DNA of 14,139 nucleotides from a virus (Duplodnaviria; Heunggongvirae; Uroviricota; Caudoviricetes): IMG/VR virus record IMGVR_UViG_2703718781_000011; one strand, 5' to 3'. Shown piece by piece: positions 7,059 to 14,139 of this stretch (position 1 is its first letter; each line of letters starts with the position of its first letter). The notes under the pieces were generated by a model. It saw only the letters and a program-made list of their open reading frames with translations, ran no database searches and was not told where the DNA came from. The position numbers and the translations under genes were made by a program.

Positions 7059-7887
7059 GGTTTACCCCTTTGCTGACTGGTTTAACCTGCGCCCTGACGT
7101 GATTTACGTGACGGGCGAATTTCTGCTCCCACTGAATCTGCGTAAACACTTTCCCCTCCGCTGCCCAGTAGTCCCGGAAGGCGGCAAGTTCAGCAGGTGT
7201 AAATTCTGTCTCCGGCAAAGCCATCCCCCACAACGCAGCCCGTCGTCGAAAATCCCGTGACGGATACCAGCTATCGCTCATCGGGAATTTTCCGATGGGT
7301 TCGCTCAGGCCATACAGGAATACAGGGGGGGCTGCCTGTAACGACAAAACTTCCTGCTCACTGGTCGGAGCACTCTCGCGTGCGTTATGTGTGGGGTTTA
7401 GATCTTTGGGTTCCTTTGGGTTCCGTGATCCGTTTTTGGGTGTCTTTGATGGAAAATTTGGGTGTCTTTGGTTATTTTCCATGCAGCTAAGAGTTCTGTT
7501 TTTGGGTCTGTTTTGTGCTGAAACATAACCATTTTCGGTACTGTTTTTATTAACAGCACCAATTTTACCCACCTTTAAAGACTCCCGTTTTTGGGTGTAT
7601 TCAGGCTCGGCAACACTTTCTTCTACACCGATAAGTCGGTACACCACAATTTGCTTTGTTCTGCCTTTTCTCTCACCGGTATCAACAATTAACCCAATCT
7701 CCATCAGGTGTCGTAAGCTGTCCTGCACAGTCTTTTTGTTCAGTTCCGTTACTTCTGCCAGTGCAGATACAGACGGGTATGCACACAAATCGGCACCGCA
7801 CATATCAGCAAGCCAGGTCAATACTGACTTACTGGATGAACTGCCGGTTTTCACCTTTTTAGCCCATCGTAGTGCATCGATACTCAT
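6847..7887 (-). CDS. Replication initiator O homologue (lambda O-like), about 346 aa from ATG 7887
   Basis: N-terminal HTH-like domain (ALRWAKKVKTG...), an iteron array inside the coding sequence, and a P gene immediately downstream. AGGGG SD 7 nt upstream of ATG 7887; the ORF-track start at 7962 lies in AT-rich, non-coding-looking sequence. Confidence 0.8.
   Translation of the reverse strand: MSIDALRWAKKVKTGSSSSKSVLTWLADMCGADLCAYPSVSALAEVTELNKKTVQDSLRHLMEIGLIVDTGERKGRTKQIVVYRLIGVEESVAEPEYTQKRESLKVGKIGAVNKNSTENGYVSAQNRPKNRTLSCMENNQRHPNFPSKTPKNGSRNPKEPKDLNPTHNARESAPTSEQEVLSLQAAPPVFLYGLSEPIGKFPMSDSWYPSRDFRRRAALWGMALPETEFTPAELAAFRDYWAAEGKVFTQIQWEQKFARHVNHVRAQVKPVSKGVNHAAAPGGTASRAVQEIRAAREQWERENGFISDGNGLEAVGTHGGGLFEPLDPEERGRTIEALDCTDWRDD
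7404..7600. repeat. Iteron-type replication origin inside the O gene: TTTGGGT-containing repeats plus an AT-rich stretch
   Basis: CTTTGGGTTCC at 7404-7414 and 7414-7424; TTTGGGTGTCTTTG at 7435-7448 and 7457-7470; TTTTTGGGTCTG at 7499-7510; an AT-rich stretch at 7515-7585; a further TTTTTGGGTGT at 7588-7598. This parallels ori-lambda, which lies within O. Confidence 0.6.
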
Positions 7888-8410
7888 ACGAACCCCTGGC
7901 AGACATTTGTTTATCTGCAAAGTAATATTGGTATTGCTGACGATACGCGTGCTTGAAAGCAATAGCTTTTTCTATAAGCTCGTCAGTCTCACGTTCCACA
8001 ACAACTGGATCCGCAAAAAGCAGCCCGGACTCCACCACATCGCCATATTCTTTGTTTAACCCGGCGATCATGTACGTAATGCTTTTTCCGTCAGTAATTT
8101 CACAATACAATCTGAAATCGCTGATCCGGATAGCCTCCATAATTGCCGGAATCAGCGCCGTGAATTTGTCACGCTTATCTCTGGTGTCGATAGCTTTCCA
8201 GCGTTCGAATATCTTCACCCGGTTAACGCCCAGCGCCCGTTGATCAACCTCGCCATCATTAAACGTGACGCGTTGAACATCGATGTTCGGGCGTTCTTTC
8301 AGAGCCCAGAATGCTTCCGTGATTAATATCGTCGCCTGCTCCTGTGTCATTCCTGGTCGGCATACCCAGGTATCCAGAGCCTCACAAACCTGTTCAGTGG
8401 TGATTTTCAT
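7859..8410 (-). CDS. YdaT-like protein at the cII position of the early operon, 183 aa
   Basis: N-terminal pattern MKITTEQV...ALIPAIMEAI resembles Rac YdaT (MKIKHEHIE...KLIPAILAIL) as recalled. Its start overlaps the dicC stop and its end overlaps the O start. Confidence 0.55.
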   Translation of the reverse strand: MKITTEQVCEALDTWVCRPGMTQEQATILITEAFWALKERPNIDVQRVTFNDGEVDQRALGVNRVKIFERWKAIDTRDKRDKFTALIPAIMEAIRISDFRLYCEITDGKSITYMIAGLNKEYGDVVESGLLFADPVVVERETDELIEKAIAFKHAYRQQYQYYFADKQMSARGSYEYRCTTMG

Positions 8411-8621
8411 TGTTCAACCGCCCCGCCCGCTTTGCCTTACGATATTCGTCATAAACTTTGGGGTCGTACTGAAGTTCCCCGCCGGATGCCTCTTGCAGGC
8501 GCATCGCGCGACCTTCAGGAACCAGTTCCCCCCATGCAGCAACGCTTGCCAGCCTAACTCCTGCGACATTGGCAAGCTTTGTTTTGCTGCCAAAAAACGC
8601 TATAGCATCAATTTTCAACAT
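8394..8621 (-). CDS. dicC: Cro-type repressor DicC-like, 75 aa
   Basis: Translation (MLKIDAIAFFGSKTKLANVAGVRLASVAAWGELVPEGRAMRLQEASGGELQYDPKVYDEYRKAKRAGRLNNENHH) is close to K-12 DicC as recalled. Divergent from the dicA-like gene, with an AAGGGGG SD. Confidence 0.85.
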   Translation of the reverse strand: MLKIDAIAFFGSKTKLANVAGVRLASVAAWGELVPEGRAMRLQEASGGELQYDPKVYDEYRKAKRAGRLNNENHH

Positions 8622-8697
8622 ATCGACCCCCTTAGATTTTCCTAAGGAAACTAGATCGTAGAGAAACCTAAGTCAAGAAAAATTAGAATTACCTAAT
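8622..8697. promoter_or_regulatory. Divergent immunity-region promoters and operators between dicC and dicA
   Basis: An 18-bp palindrome CCTTAG-attttc-CTAAGG (8630-8647) plus further CCTAAG/CCTAAT half-sites at 8667-8672 and 8692-8697. Minus-strand promoter TTGACT-17-TAGTTT for dicC; plus-strand -10 TAGAAT at 8684-8689, only about 8 nt from the dicA ATG with no SD. Confidence 0.65.
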
Positions 8698-9105
8698 ATG
8701 AAAAACGAAACCTTCGGTGCTCGCCTCTTATACAGGCGAAAAAAATTAAAACTGTCTCAGGCCGCATTAGGTAAGCTGGTCAAAGTGGCTCACGTAACAA
8801 TTTCTCAATGGGAAAGAGATGAAACACAGCCAGCGGGGAAGAGATTATTCGCACTGAGCCAGGCGCTTCAGTGCTCGCCGACTTGGCTTCTTTTTGGAGA
8901 TGAAGATAAGCAACCAGGCGAACCGATCCCAGATAATCAGCCAGTCAATCTGACAGAAGATCAAAAAGAGTTGCTTCAACTGTTCGACGCACTGCCTGAG
9001 TCAGAGCAAAAGGCTCTGTTGTCAGAGATGCGTGCTCGAGTTGAGAATTTCAACAAACTTTTTGAAGAACTACTCAAAGCTCGCAAAAGAAGCGCAAATA
9101 AATAA
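8698..9105 (+). CDS. dicA: CI-type (XRE-family HTH) repressor DicA-like, 135 aa
   Basis: Closely matches K-12 DicA as recalled in both halves (HVTISQWERDETQPAGKRLFALSQALQCSPTWLLFGDEDKQP ... LPESEQ...EMRARVENFNKLFEELLKARKR). Confidence 0.9.
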   Translation: MKNETFGARLLYRRKKLKLSQAALGKLVKVAHVTISQWERDETQPAGKRLFALSQALQCSPTWLLFGDEDKQPGEPIPDNQPVNLTEDQKELLQLFDALPESEQKALLSEMRARVENFNKLFEELLKARKRSANK

Positions 9106-9165
9106 CCCCCCTTTTTTTCGCAACTCTCTGTAATAAAAAGCACAAACTTTCAAATACTTGTGTTT

Positions 9166-9234
9166 TTTACATCAAGAAGCTTAGGTTTTTCTACACAAAA
9201 AGCTTAACCATAACTCTTAGGCTATTCTAAATTC
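9166..9234 (+). promoter_or_regulatory. Candidate repressor-controlled promoter and operator region for the dicB-type early operon
   Basis: The operator half-site CTTAGG recurs at 9180-9185 and 9216-9221, embedded in AAGCTTA direct repeats. There is a TTTACA -35-like hexamer at 9166-9171 and weak -10 candidates; the exact promoter is not resolved. Confidence 0.3.
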
Positions 9235-9312
9235 TACTCATCAAGACACCGCACGGTGTTCTCAGCAAACAGTTCCGCTACCCGGCGTTAAGGGGAAGCA
9301 GAGGATTTCTCA

Positions 9313-9669
9313 GTGGGCGAAGTCAAACATCAGAATGGAAGGCGTCCAGGGATCAGCAAAGAAACAGCGATGGCGCTTTATATTGATATCAGCGCCATTG
9401 CCGGACAGGTAAGAGTTATCAGAGCGGTAACTAAGCGGTATGCGCCTTTACTTCAGAAAGTCTCTGGTGAGTGCACCGAAGATATTGTCAACGATTTCGT
9501 CATCGAACTGCGAGGACTCATCTTCAGTTACAAGGTGACCACAATTTTTGCAGATGGCTCCCGCGAAACTGTCAGAGCCCTGCGGCTTAAAGGATGTGTC
9601 AAAGACTTAGCCACCACATTCTGGGCAAGAAAACTTGATTGTATTCATAACCAATTTCCTCTCGAGTAA
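9313..9669 (+). CDS. Hypothetical early-operon protein, 118 aa from GTG 9313 (or 99 aa from ATG 9370)
   Basis: Protein-like ORF directly downstream of the putative operator region. Start ambiguous; no family recognised. Confidence 0.45.
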   Translation: MGEVKHQNGRRPGISKETAMALYIDISAIAGQVRVIRAVTKRYAPLLQKVSGECTEDIVNDFVIELRGLIFSYKVTTIFADGSRETVRALRLKGCVKDLATTFWARKLDCIHNQFPLE

Positions 9670-9741
9670 CAGACCCCTCAGAGGATACCACCTCGCCTGA
9701 CGTGGTTAAAAAGCAGGCAACGCTAACCACAAGGAGCCGAC

Positions 9742-9960
9742 ATGCAGAAACGAGACCCCGTCATCATCGCGCCAGACTATACCGATGATGAACTTTATGA
9801 GTGGATGCACCAGAAAATTAAGGCGGTGCAGGACCTGAAATGGGCCAATGAAGCCAGGGCTAAGCAGGCTGAAAATCTGTCCGCTCTGGAGCAGGATATC
9901 ACCAATCTGGAAAAAGCAGCGGCATTAAGCATTGCCAGAATGATTACATACCCACGTTAA
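9742..9960 (+). CDS. Hypothetical small protein, 72 aa
   Basis: Strong SD AAGGAG 6 nt upstream of ATG; acidic, helical-looking sequence. Same size as K-12 YdfC, but identity not verified. Confidence 0.6.
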   Translation: MQKRDPVIIAPDYTDDELYEWMHQKIKAVQDLKWANEARAKQAENLSALEQDITNLEKAAALSIARMITYPR

Positions 9961-9982
9961 TAGCTAACCAACGAGGCTAATA

Positions 9983-10390
9983 ATGGAATTTAAAGATTTA
10001 CCAACGCCATTACAGGAAATGGCATCGAATATAGTTCGTTCACAACTGGCTACTCTTGACCTTAGTACCGCAGAAAAAGAAACCATCGATAATATGGTTC
10101 GTAATGTGCGCAATGCTTTTTCTGGGCTATATGGTTCTGATAATCAAAAGCAGGAAAGCGATGTTAATAAACGGGTAATTTCTGTTTGCGTGAATGGCCA
10201 TGTTCTTTCATCAATCAAAACAGAAACGGCGACAGTCTTCGATTGCCTTTGCATTGTACAGAGCCTTGTTGATGCCCTGTTTCGTTCAGTGAATTTAGAA
10301 AATGATGCAAATCTGCGAGGGCGCATAATAGCACATCCATATGCACATACTTTAGGCTCTGTGGATATCAAAGATCCCACAAATCTTTAA
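9983..10390 (+). CDS. Hypothetical AT-rich orphan protein, 135 aa
   Basis: GAGG SD 8 nt upstream of ATG. No recognisable motif. Its 3' end overlaps the 3' end of the convergent minus-strand ORF by 23 nt. Confidence 0.6.
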   Translation: MEFKDLPTPLQEMASNIVRSQLATLDLSTAEKETIDNMVRNVRNAFSGLYGSDNQKQESDVNKRVISVCVNGHVLSSIKTETATVFDCLCIVQSLVDALFRSVNLENDANLRGRIIAHPYAHTLGSVDIKDPTNL

Positions 10391-10601
10391 TGAAATAGTT
10401 AACGCGAATTGTACTTGCTCTTTCGGTTGCTTTCAGAATACGCGTTGAAACTGCTGGCGGTAATTTGGTATTCCATTTATTAAAATCATGCCCGGGAAAG
10501 TACTCTTCGAAAATACTTTTAACTGCAGACTCGCCTATTGAAATGCTGCTTACCATGCGATTTTGATAAAGGCATTTAGCAATAAGAGTTGATTTTAACA
10601 T
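10368..10601 (-). CDS. Hypothetical small protein, 77 aa, transcribed against the surrounding operon
   Basis: Strong SD AGGAGG 5 nt upstream of ATG on the minus strand. Convergent with and overlapping the 135-aa ORF. No family recognised. Confidence 0.5.
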   Translation of the reverse strand: MLKSTLIAKCLYQNRMVSSISIGESAVKSIFEEYFPGHDFNKWNTKLPPAVSTRILKATERASTIRVNYFIKDLWDL

Positions 10602-10934
10602 TCACCCTCCTGAGGGTTGGTAATTAAGGAGTTCTCCACGGGTGAAGTGGAGTGCGTGCGCCGGACACGGGTGAACATCCGGCACTGACAGTTTACTGAA
10701 AGGATATTTCTCTGAAAAGTCAGACCATAACGCGAAAGCGCACGGCGAGGTAGCTGGTTCATAGATAGCCTGTCGTTAAATTTTCGTCGACCGTGCGCTT
10801 CCGGTTGTGGCAATCCGCGAAATGGCGCGGCGGTAAGTATGGAGGGGTTATTCCTTCCCCGTTGAGGACACCGGGTTGTCAGGTTGACCATACGCTTAAG
10901 TGACAACCCCGCTGCAACGCCCTCTGTTATCAAT
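10602..10934. other. GC-rich, hairpin-dense non-coding region (candidate structured RNA or processed leader) between the 77-aa ORF and dicF
   Basis: No credible ORF. Hairpin gccgga...tccggc (10650-10673); long-range 9-bp stem agcgcacgg/ccgtgcgct (10727-10735 with 10781-10789); hairpin ccgcg-aaatgg-cgcgg (10805-10820); 9-bp stem gggttgtca/tgacaaccc (10863-10871 with 10891-10899); a loosely repeated CGCGAAA-GCGC motif (10721 and 10804). Strand of expression unknown. Confidence 0.3.
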
Positions 10935-10987
10935 TTTCTGGTGACGTTTGGCGGTATCAGTTTTACTCCGTGACTGCTCTGCCGCCC
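10935..10987 (+). ncRNA. dicF: DicF small RNA (53 nt; known ftsZ translation inhibitor) with terminator T-run to 10992
   Basis: Sequence TTTCTGGTGACGTTTGGCGGTATCAGTTTTACTCCGTGACTGCTCTGCCGCCC followed by TTTTT matches K-12 dicF as I recall it. It sits about 170 nt upstream of dicB, as in K-12. Confidence 0.85.
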
Positions 10988-10996
10988 TTTTTAAAG

Positions 10997-11144
10997 TGAA
11001 TTTTGTGATGTGGTGAATGCGGCTGAGCGCACGCGGAACAGTTAAAACCAAAAACAGTGTTATGGGTGGATTCTCTGTATCCGGCGTTAATTGTTAACTG
11101 GTTAACGTCACCTGGAGGCACCAGGCACCGCATCACAAAATTCA
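10997..11144 (+). repeat. Long-range inverted repeat able to form a 19-bp RNA duplex bracketing the dicF-dicB spacer
   Basis: tgaattttgtgatgtggtg (10997-11015) is complementary to caccgcatcacaaaattca (11126-11144): 14 perfect bp, one G-U, then 4 more bp. The 3' arm ends 6 nt before the dicB SD. The loop contains two GTTAAC palindromes. Confidence 0.6.
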
Positions 11145-11161
11145 TTGTTGAGGACGCGATA

Positions 11162-11350
11162 ATGGAAACGTTATTACCAAACGTTAATACGTCTGAAGGT
11201 TGTTTTGATATTGGTGTTCTGCTCAGTAACCGGGAGTTTACGGAAGATGCCATTAAGATGAGAAAATATGAACCTTATCTTCTCAATGATAATTCCATAC
11301 TTTCCAGAATTGCCCTTCTTGAACTTGGTATTATCGGAGAACAGCAGTGA
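11162..11350 (+). CDS. dicB: Cell-division inhibitor DicB-like, 62 aa
   Basis: N-terminus METLLPNVNTSEGCFDIGVLLSNREFTEDAIKMRK matches K-12 DicB (MKTLLPNVNTSEGCFEIGV...FTEDAINKRK) as recalled; GAGGA SD 6 nt upstream. The longer ORF-track start at 11057 is rejected. Confidence 0.9.
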   Translation: METLLPNVNTSEGCFDIGVLLSNREFTEDAIKMRKYEPYLLNDNSILSRIALLELGIIGEQQ

Positions 11351-11535
11351 CTTCAGCATTTGCACTGGTGATGACCGTTTTTCTTATAACGGGTGAGCCA
11401 CAAAATGTGATTACCGGAATTTATGACAGTAAGTCATCCTGCATTCAGGTAAGGGACGAACAAAAAATCCCCGGTGAATGCCTCCCGTTAAAAAAAGTAT
11501 CGCTGAACCTGAATAACGAAATACCGGCTGGATAA
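11347..11535 (+). CDS. YdfD-like small protein (position-based), 62 aa from GTG 11347 or 54 aa from ATG 11371
   Basis: Small ORF directly after dicB, as ydfD is in Qin; GTGA overlap with the dicB stop. Sequence identity not verified. Confidence 0.55.
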   Translation: MTSAFALVMTVFLITGEPQNVITGIYDSKSSCIQVRDEQKIPGECLPLKKVSLNLNNEIPAG

Positions 11536-11630
11536 CCCGCCAGCCATATTAACGCCATACCAACGGATTAAAAATGCCAGCAATGGCAGGGATTCGTTCA
11601 CCCTGAAATCTGTAATGAGGTTAAAACAAA

Positions 11631-13151
11631 ATGAGTAAAGTCTTTATTTGCGCCGCCATTCCGGACGAACAGGCAATAAAGGAAGAAGGTGCCGTCGCTG
11701 TAGCCACTGCCATTGAAGCCGGTGATGAACGTCGCGCCCGCGCAAAATTTCACTGGCAATTCCTGGAACATTATCCGGCTGCTCAGGACTGCGCTTATAA
11801 ATTTCTTGTCTGCGAGGATAAACCCGGTATACCCCGCCCTGCCCTCGATTCCTGGGATGCTGAATATATGCAGGAAAACCGCTGGGATGAGGAATCCGCT
11901 TCCTTTATTCCGGTCGAACCAGAATCCGATCCGATGAACGTCAATTTTGACAAGCTGTCCCTTGAAGTACAGAACGCGGTCCTGGTTAAGTTCGGTACAT
12001 GTGAAAACATCACCGTTGATATGGCGATTGACGCGCAGGAATTACTGCAGGAAGACGTTGCTACCTTTGACGGGCATATCGTTGAAGCACTGATGAAAAC
12101 GCCTGAAATTAACGCTATGTATCCGGAACGCAAACTGTTCGCTATCGGATGGGTTAAACACAAATGTAATCCGGGTGCCAAATGGCCCGAAATTCAGGCT
12201 GAATTACGTAACTGGAAAAAACGGCAGGACGCAGAGCGCAAAGAGACTGGAAAATACACGTCTGTTGTTGATCTCGCCAGCGCCAGAGTCAATCAACAGA
12301 ACACTGAAAACTCAGCAGGAAAAATCAACCCAGTCACTGCCGCCATTTGTCGCGAATACAAGCAGACATGGAAAACGCTGGATGAAGAACTGGCCTACGC
12401 TCTCTGGCCTGGTGATGTGGATGCCGGAAACATTGACGGCAGCATCCATCGCTGGGCAAAAAATGAAGTTATCGACAACGACCGCGAAGACTGGAAGCGT
12501 ATCTCGGCATCAATGCGCAAACAGCCTGATGCCCTTCGCTACGACCGCCAGACTATTTTTGGCCTTGTCCGTGAACGTCCGATCGACATTCACAAAGACC
12601 CTGTGGCACTGAACAAATACATTACTGAATACCTGACTACAAAGGGCGTGTTTGAAGATGAAGGAAGAAATCAGAGCGCAACTGATACTCTCTCGTCGCC
12701 AGTACCAGAAACTGATGCAGTGGAAACGGCAATTCCGGGCAACGAAAAAACCGAATGCAAAGTGGAAGTCGAACCATCTGTAGAGCGTGAGGGGCCGTTC
12801 TACTTCCTCTTCACCGACAAGGATGGCGAAAAATACGGTCGCGCAAACAAACTTTCTGGTCTGGAAAAAGCACTAGCCTTGGGAGCTACGGAAATCACAA
12901 AAGAGGAATACTTCGCACGTAAAAACGGCACGTACTCAGGTTCACAACAAAATACTGGTGCATCTGACACGACCGCACAACCAGAGCCGGTAAAAGTTAC
13001 CGCTGACGAAGTAAACAAAATTATGCAGCCAATATCAGCCAGCCTGACGCCGATAAGTTGCTTGCTGCCTCTCGCGGAGAATTTGTTGCAGGGATTAGCG
13101 ACCCGAATGATCCGAAATGGGTTAAGGGGATTGAAACCCGCGATTCTGTAA
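11631..13151 (+). CDS. N-terminal portion of a large prophage exonuclease (often annotated as exodeoxyribonuclease VIII-like); frame breaks near 13017-13020
   Basis: Protein-like ORF of 506 codons with a GAGG-type SD. Its last roughly 40 codons ([23 protein letters not shown]...) look out of frame, while the -1 frame reads smoothly from 13007. Confidence 0.6.
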   Translation: MSKVFICAAIPDEQAIKEEGAVAVATAIEAGDERRARAKFHWQFLEHYPAAQDCAYKFLVCEDKPGIPRPALDSWDAEYMQENRWDEESASFIPVEPESDPMNVNFDKLSLEVQNAVLVKFGTCENITVDMAIDAQELLQEDVATFDGHIVEALMKTPEINAMYPERKLFAIGWVKHKCNPGAKWPEIQAELRNWKKRQDAERKETGKYTSVVDLASARVNQQNTENSAGKINPVTAAICREYKQTWKTLDEELAYALWPGDVDAGNIDGSIHRWAKNEVIDNDREDWKRISASMRKQPDALRYDRQTIFGLVRERPIDIHKDPVALNKYITEYLTTKGVFEDEGRNQSATDTLSSPVPETDAVETAIPGNEKTECKVEVEPSVEREGPFYFLFTDKDGEKYGRANKLSGLEKALALGATEITKEEYFARKNGTYSGSQQNTGASDTTAQPEPVKVTADEVNKIMQPISASLTPISCLLPLAENLLQGLATRMIRNGLRGLKPAIL

Positions 13152-14098
13152 ACCAGAACCAGCAAGAATCGGAACAGAACGACCAGAAAGCGGAACAAAA
13201 CAGCCCAAATACGCAACAAAACGAGCCAGAAACGAAACAACCTGAGCCAGTAGCGCAACAGGAACCGGAAAAAGTCTGCACCGCCTGCGGTCAGACCGGC
13301 GGCGGCAACTGCCCTGATTGTGGCGCGGTGATGGGCGACGCAACATACCAGGAAACATTCGATGAAGAGTATCAGGTTGAAGTTCAGGAAGATGATCCGG
13401 AGGAAATGGAAGGCGCTGAACATCCACACAAGGAGAACACTGACGGCAATCAGCATCACGATAGCGATAATGAAACTGGCGAGACGGCAGATCACTCAAT
13501 TAAGGTGAACGGTCATCAAGAAATCACATCCACCAGCAGGACGTGTGACCATCTAATGATCGACCTTGAAACCATGGGAAAAAATCCTGATGCCCCGATC
13601 ATCTCAATAGGTGCAATATTTTTCGATCCGCAAACCGGAGATATGGGGCCGGAATTTAGTAAGACTATCGATCTGGAAACTGCTGGCGGGGTCATTGATC
13701 GGGACACCATTAAATGGTGGCTTAAGCAATCACGCGAAGCGCAATCTGCCATTATGACCGATGAAATCCCGTTAGATGATGCACTGTTACAATTGCGGGA
13801 ATTTATCGACGAAAACTCCGGTGAATTTTTTGTTCAGGTCTGGGGAAATGGAGCCAACTTCGACAACACGATTTTGCGCCGTTCATACGAACGGCAGGGG
13901 ATCCCCTGCCCGTGGCGTTACTACAACGATCGCGATGTACGCACAATCGTTGAGCTGGGGAAAGCCATAGACTTCGATGCCAGAACGGCTATTCCATTCG
14001 AAGGTGAGCGCCATAATGCACTTGATGACGCCCGTTACCAGGCAAAATACGTTTCAGCTAACTGGCAAAAACTGCTCCCGAGTCAGGCTGATTTTTAA
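13058..14098 (+). CDS. C-terminal portion of the same gene: low-complexity linker, CxxC...CxxC zinc ribbon and a DEDDh (DnaQ/RNase T-like) 3'-5' exonuclease domain
   Basis: Motifs LMIDLETMG (Exo I), [12 protein letters not shown] (Exo II) and [13 protein letters not shown] (Exo III) are present. [16 protein letters not shown] is a zinc-ribbon signature. The ORF-track start is a TTG artefact; the frame is open from 13007. Confidence 0.7.
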   Translation: MLAASRGEFVAGISDPNDPKWVKGIETRDSVNQNQQESEQNDQKAEQNSPNTQQNEPETKQPEPVAQQEPEKVCTACGQTGGGNCPDCGAVMGDATYQETFDEEYQVEVQEDDPEEMEGAEHPHKENTDGNQHHDSDNETGETADHSIKVNGHQEITSTSRTCDHLMIDLETMGKNPDAPIISIGAIFFDPQTGDMGPEFSKTIDLETAGGVIDRDTIKWWLKQSREAQSAIMTDEIPLDDALLQLREFIDENSGEFFVQVWGNGANFDNTILRRSYERQGIPCPWRYYNDRDVRTIVELGKAIDFDARTAIPFEGERHNALDDARYQAKYVSANWQKLLPSQADF

Positions 14099-14139
14099 TG
14101 TTCAACCATCGCCGGTTGCTGTCACTTAAACACATCTGA

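Noticed and set aside
10595-10933. Minus-strand 112-codon ORF covering the structured region
   Set aside because: It starts with TTG, has no SD, and its translation is extremely Arg/Pro-rich with no hydrophobic core. It overlaps the antisense of dicF, and the region is better explained as structured non-coding RNA or DNA.
10602-10934. Retron (msr/msd) or type III toxin-antitoxin RNA hypothesis for the structured region
   Set aside because: There is no reverse transcriptase ORF adjacent, no a1/a2-type flanking inverted repeats, and no tandem direct repeats of the ToxI type. It is kept only as an unclassified structured region.
10963-11253. Minus-strand 96-codon ORF, and the long plus-strand ORF start at 11057 for dicB
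   Set aside because: The minus ORF is antisense to dicF and dicB. The dicB homology begins at ATG 11162, which has its own SD, so the upstream extension is spurious.
12800-13499. Minus-strand ORFs of 231, 86 and 125 codons inside the exonuclease gene
   Set aside because: Their translations are low-complexity (FRF/LLV/Cys-rich), the typical antisense shadow of an acidic Gln/Glu-rich linker; there are no SDs.
1-14139. CRISPR array, insertion sequence or transposase, integrase and att site
   Set aside because: I found no spaced direct repeats of CRISPR type, no transposase- or integrase-like ORF, and no terminal inverted repeats flanking any segment in this window.

Overview
The window is the early/regulatory half of a mosaic lambdoid (Qin/DLP12-like) prophage of an enterobacterium, read mostly on the minus strand. 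Left to right on + coordinates: a terminator and three tRNA(-like) genes (Arg-UCU, one degenerate, Ile2/Met-CAU), a tR'-type terminator and pR'-like promoter, a Q-type antiterminator, rusA, a DUF968/YdfU-like protein, two small ORFs, a Hok-family type I toxin locus, an orphan ModA-like periplasmic binding protein in an AT-rich island, a decayed ORF region, a winged-helix protein, replication genes P and O with an iteron origin inside O, a YdaT-like gene, and dicC (cro-like). On the plus strand follow dicA (cI-like), three to four small early genes, the sRNA dicF, dicB, a ydfD-like ORF and a large exonuclease gene split by a frameshift. All calls rest on reading the translated ORFs and nucleotide motifs by eye and on recalled family sequences; no searches were run. 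The most unusual stretch is about 950 bp between the early small ORFs and dicF (9983-10934): an AT-rich orphan ORF, a convergent 77-aa ORF with a strong SD, and about 330 nt of GC-rich, hairpin-dense non-coding sequence. I could not assign this to any known family or RNA, so it is the main candidate for an undescribed accessory module, not a confirmed system.
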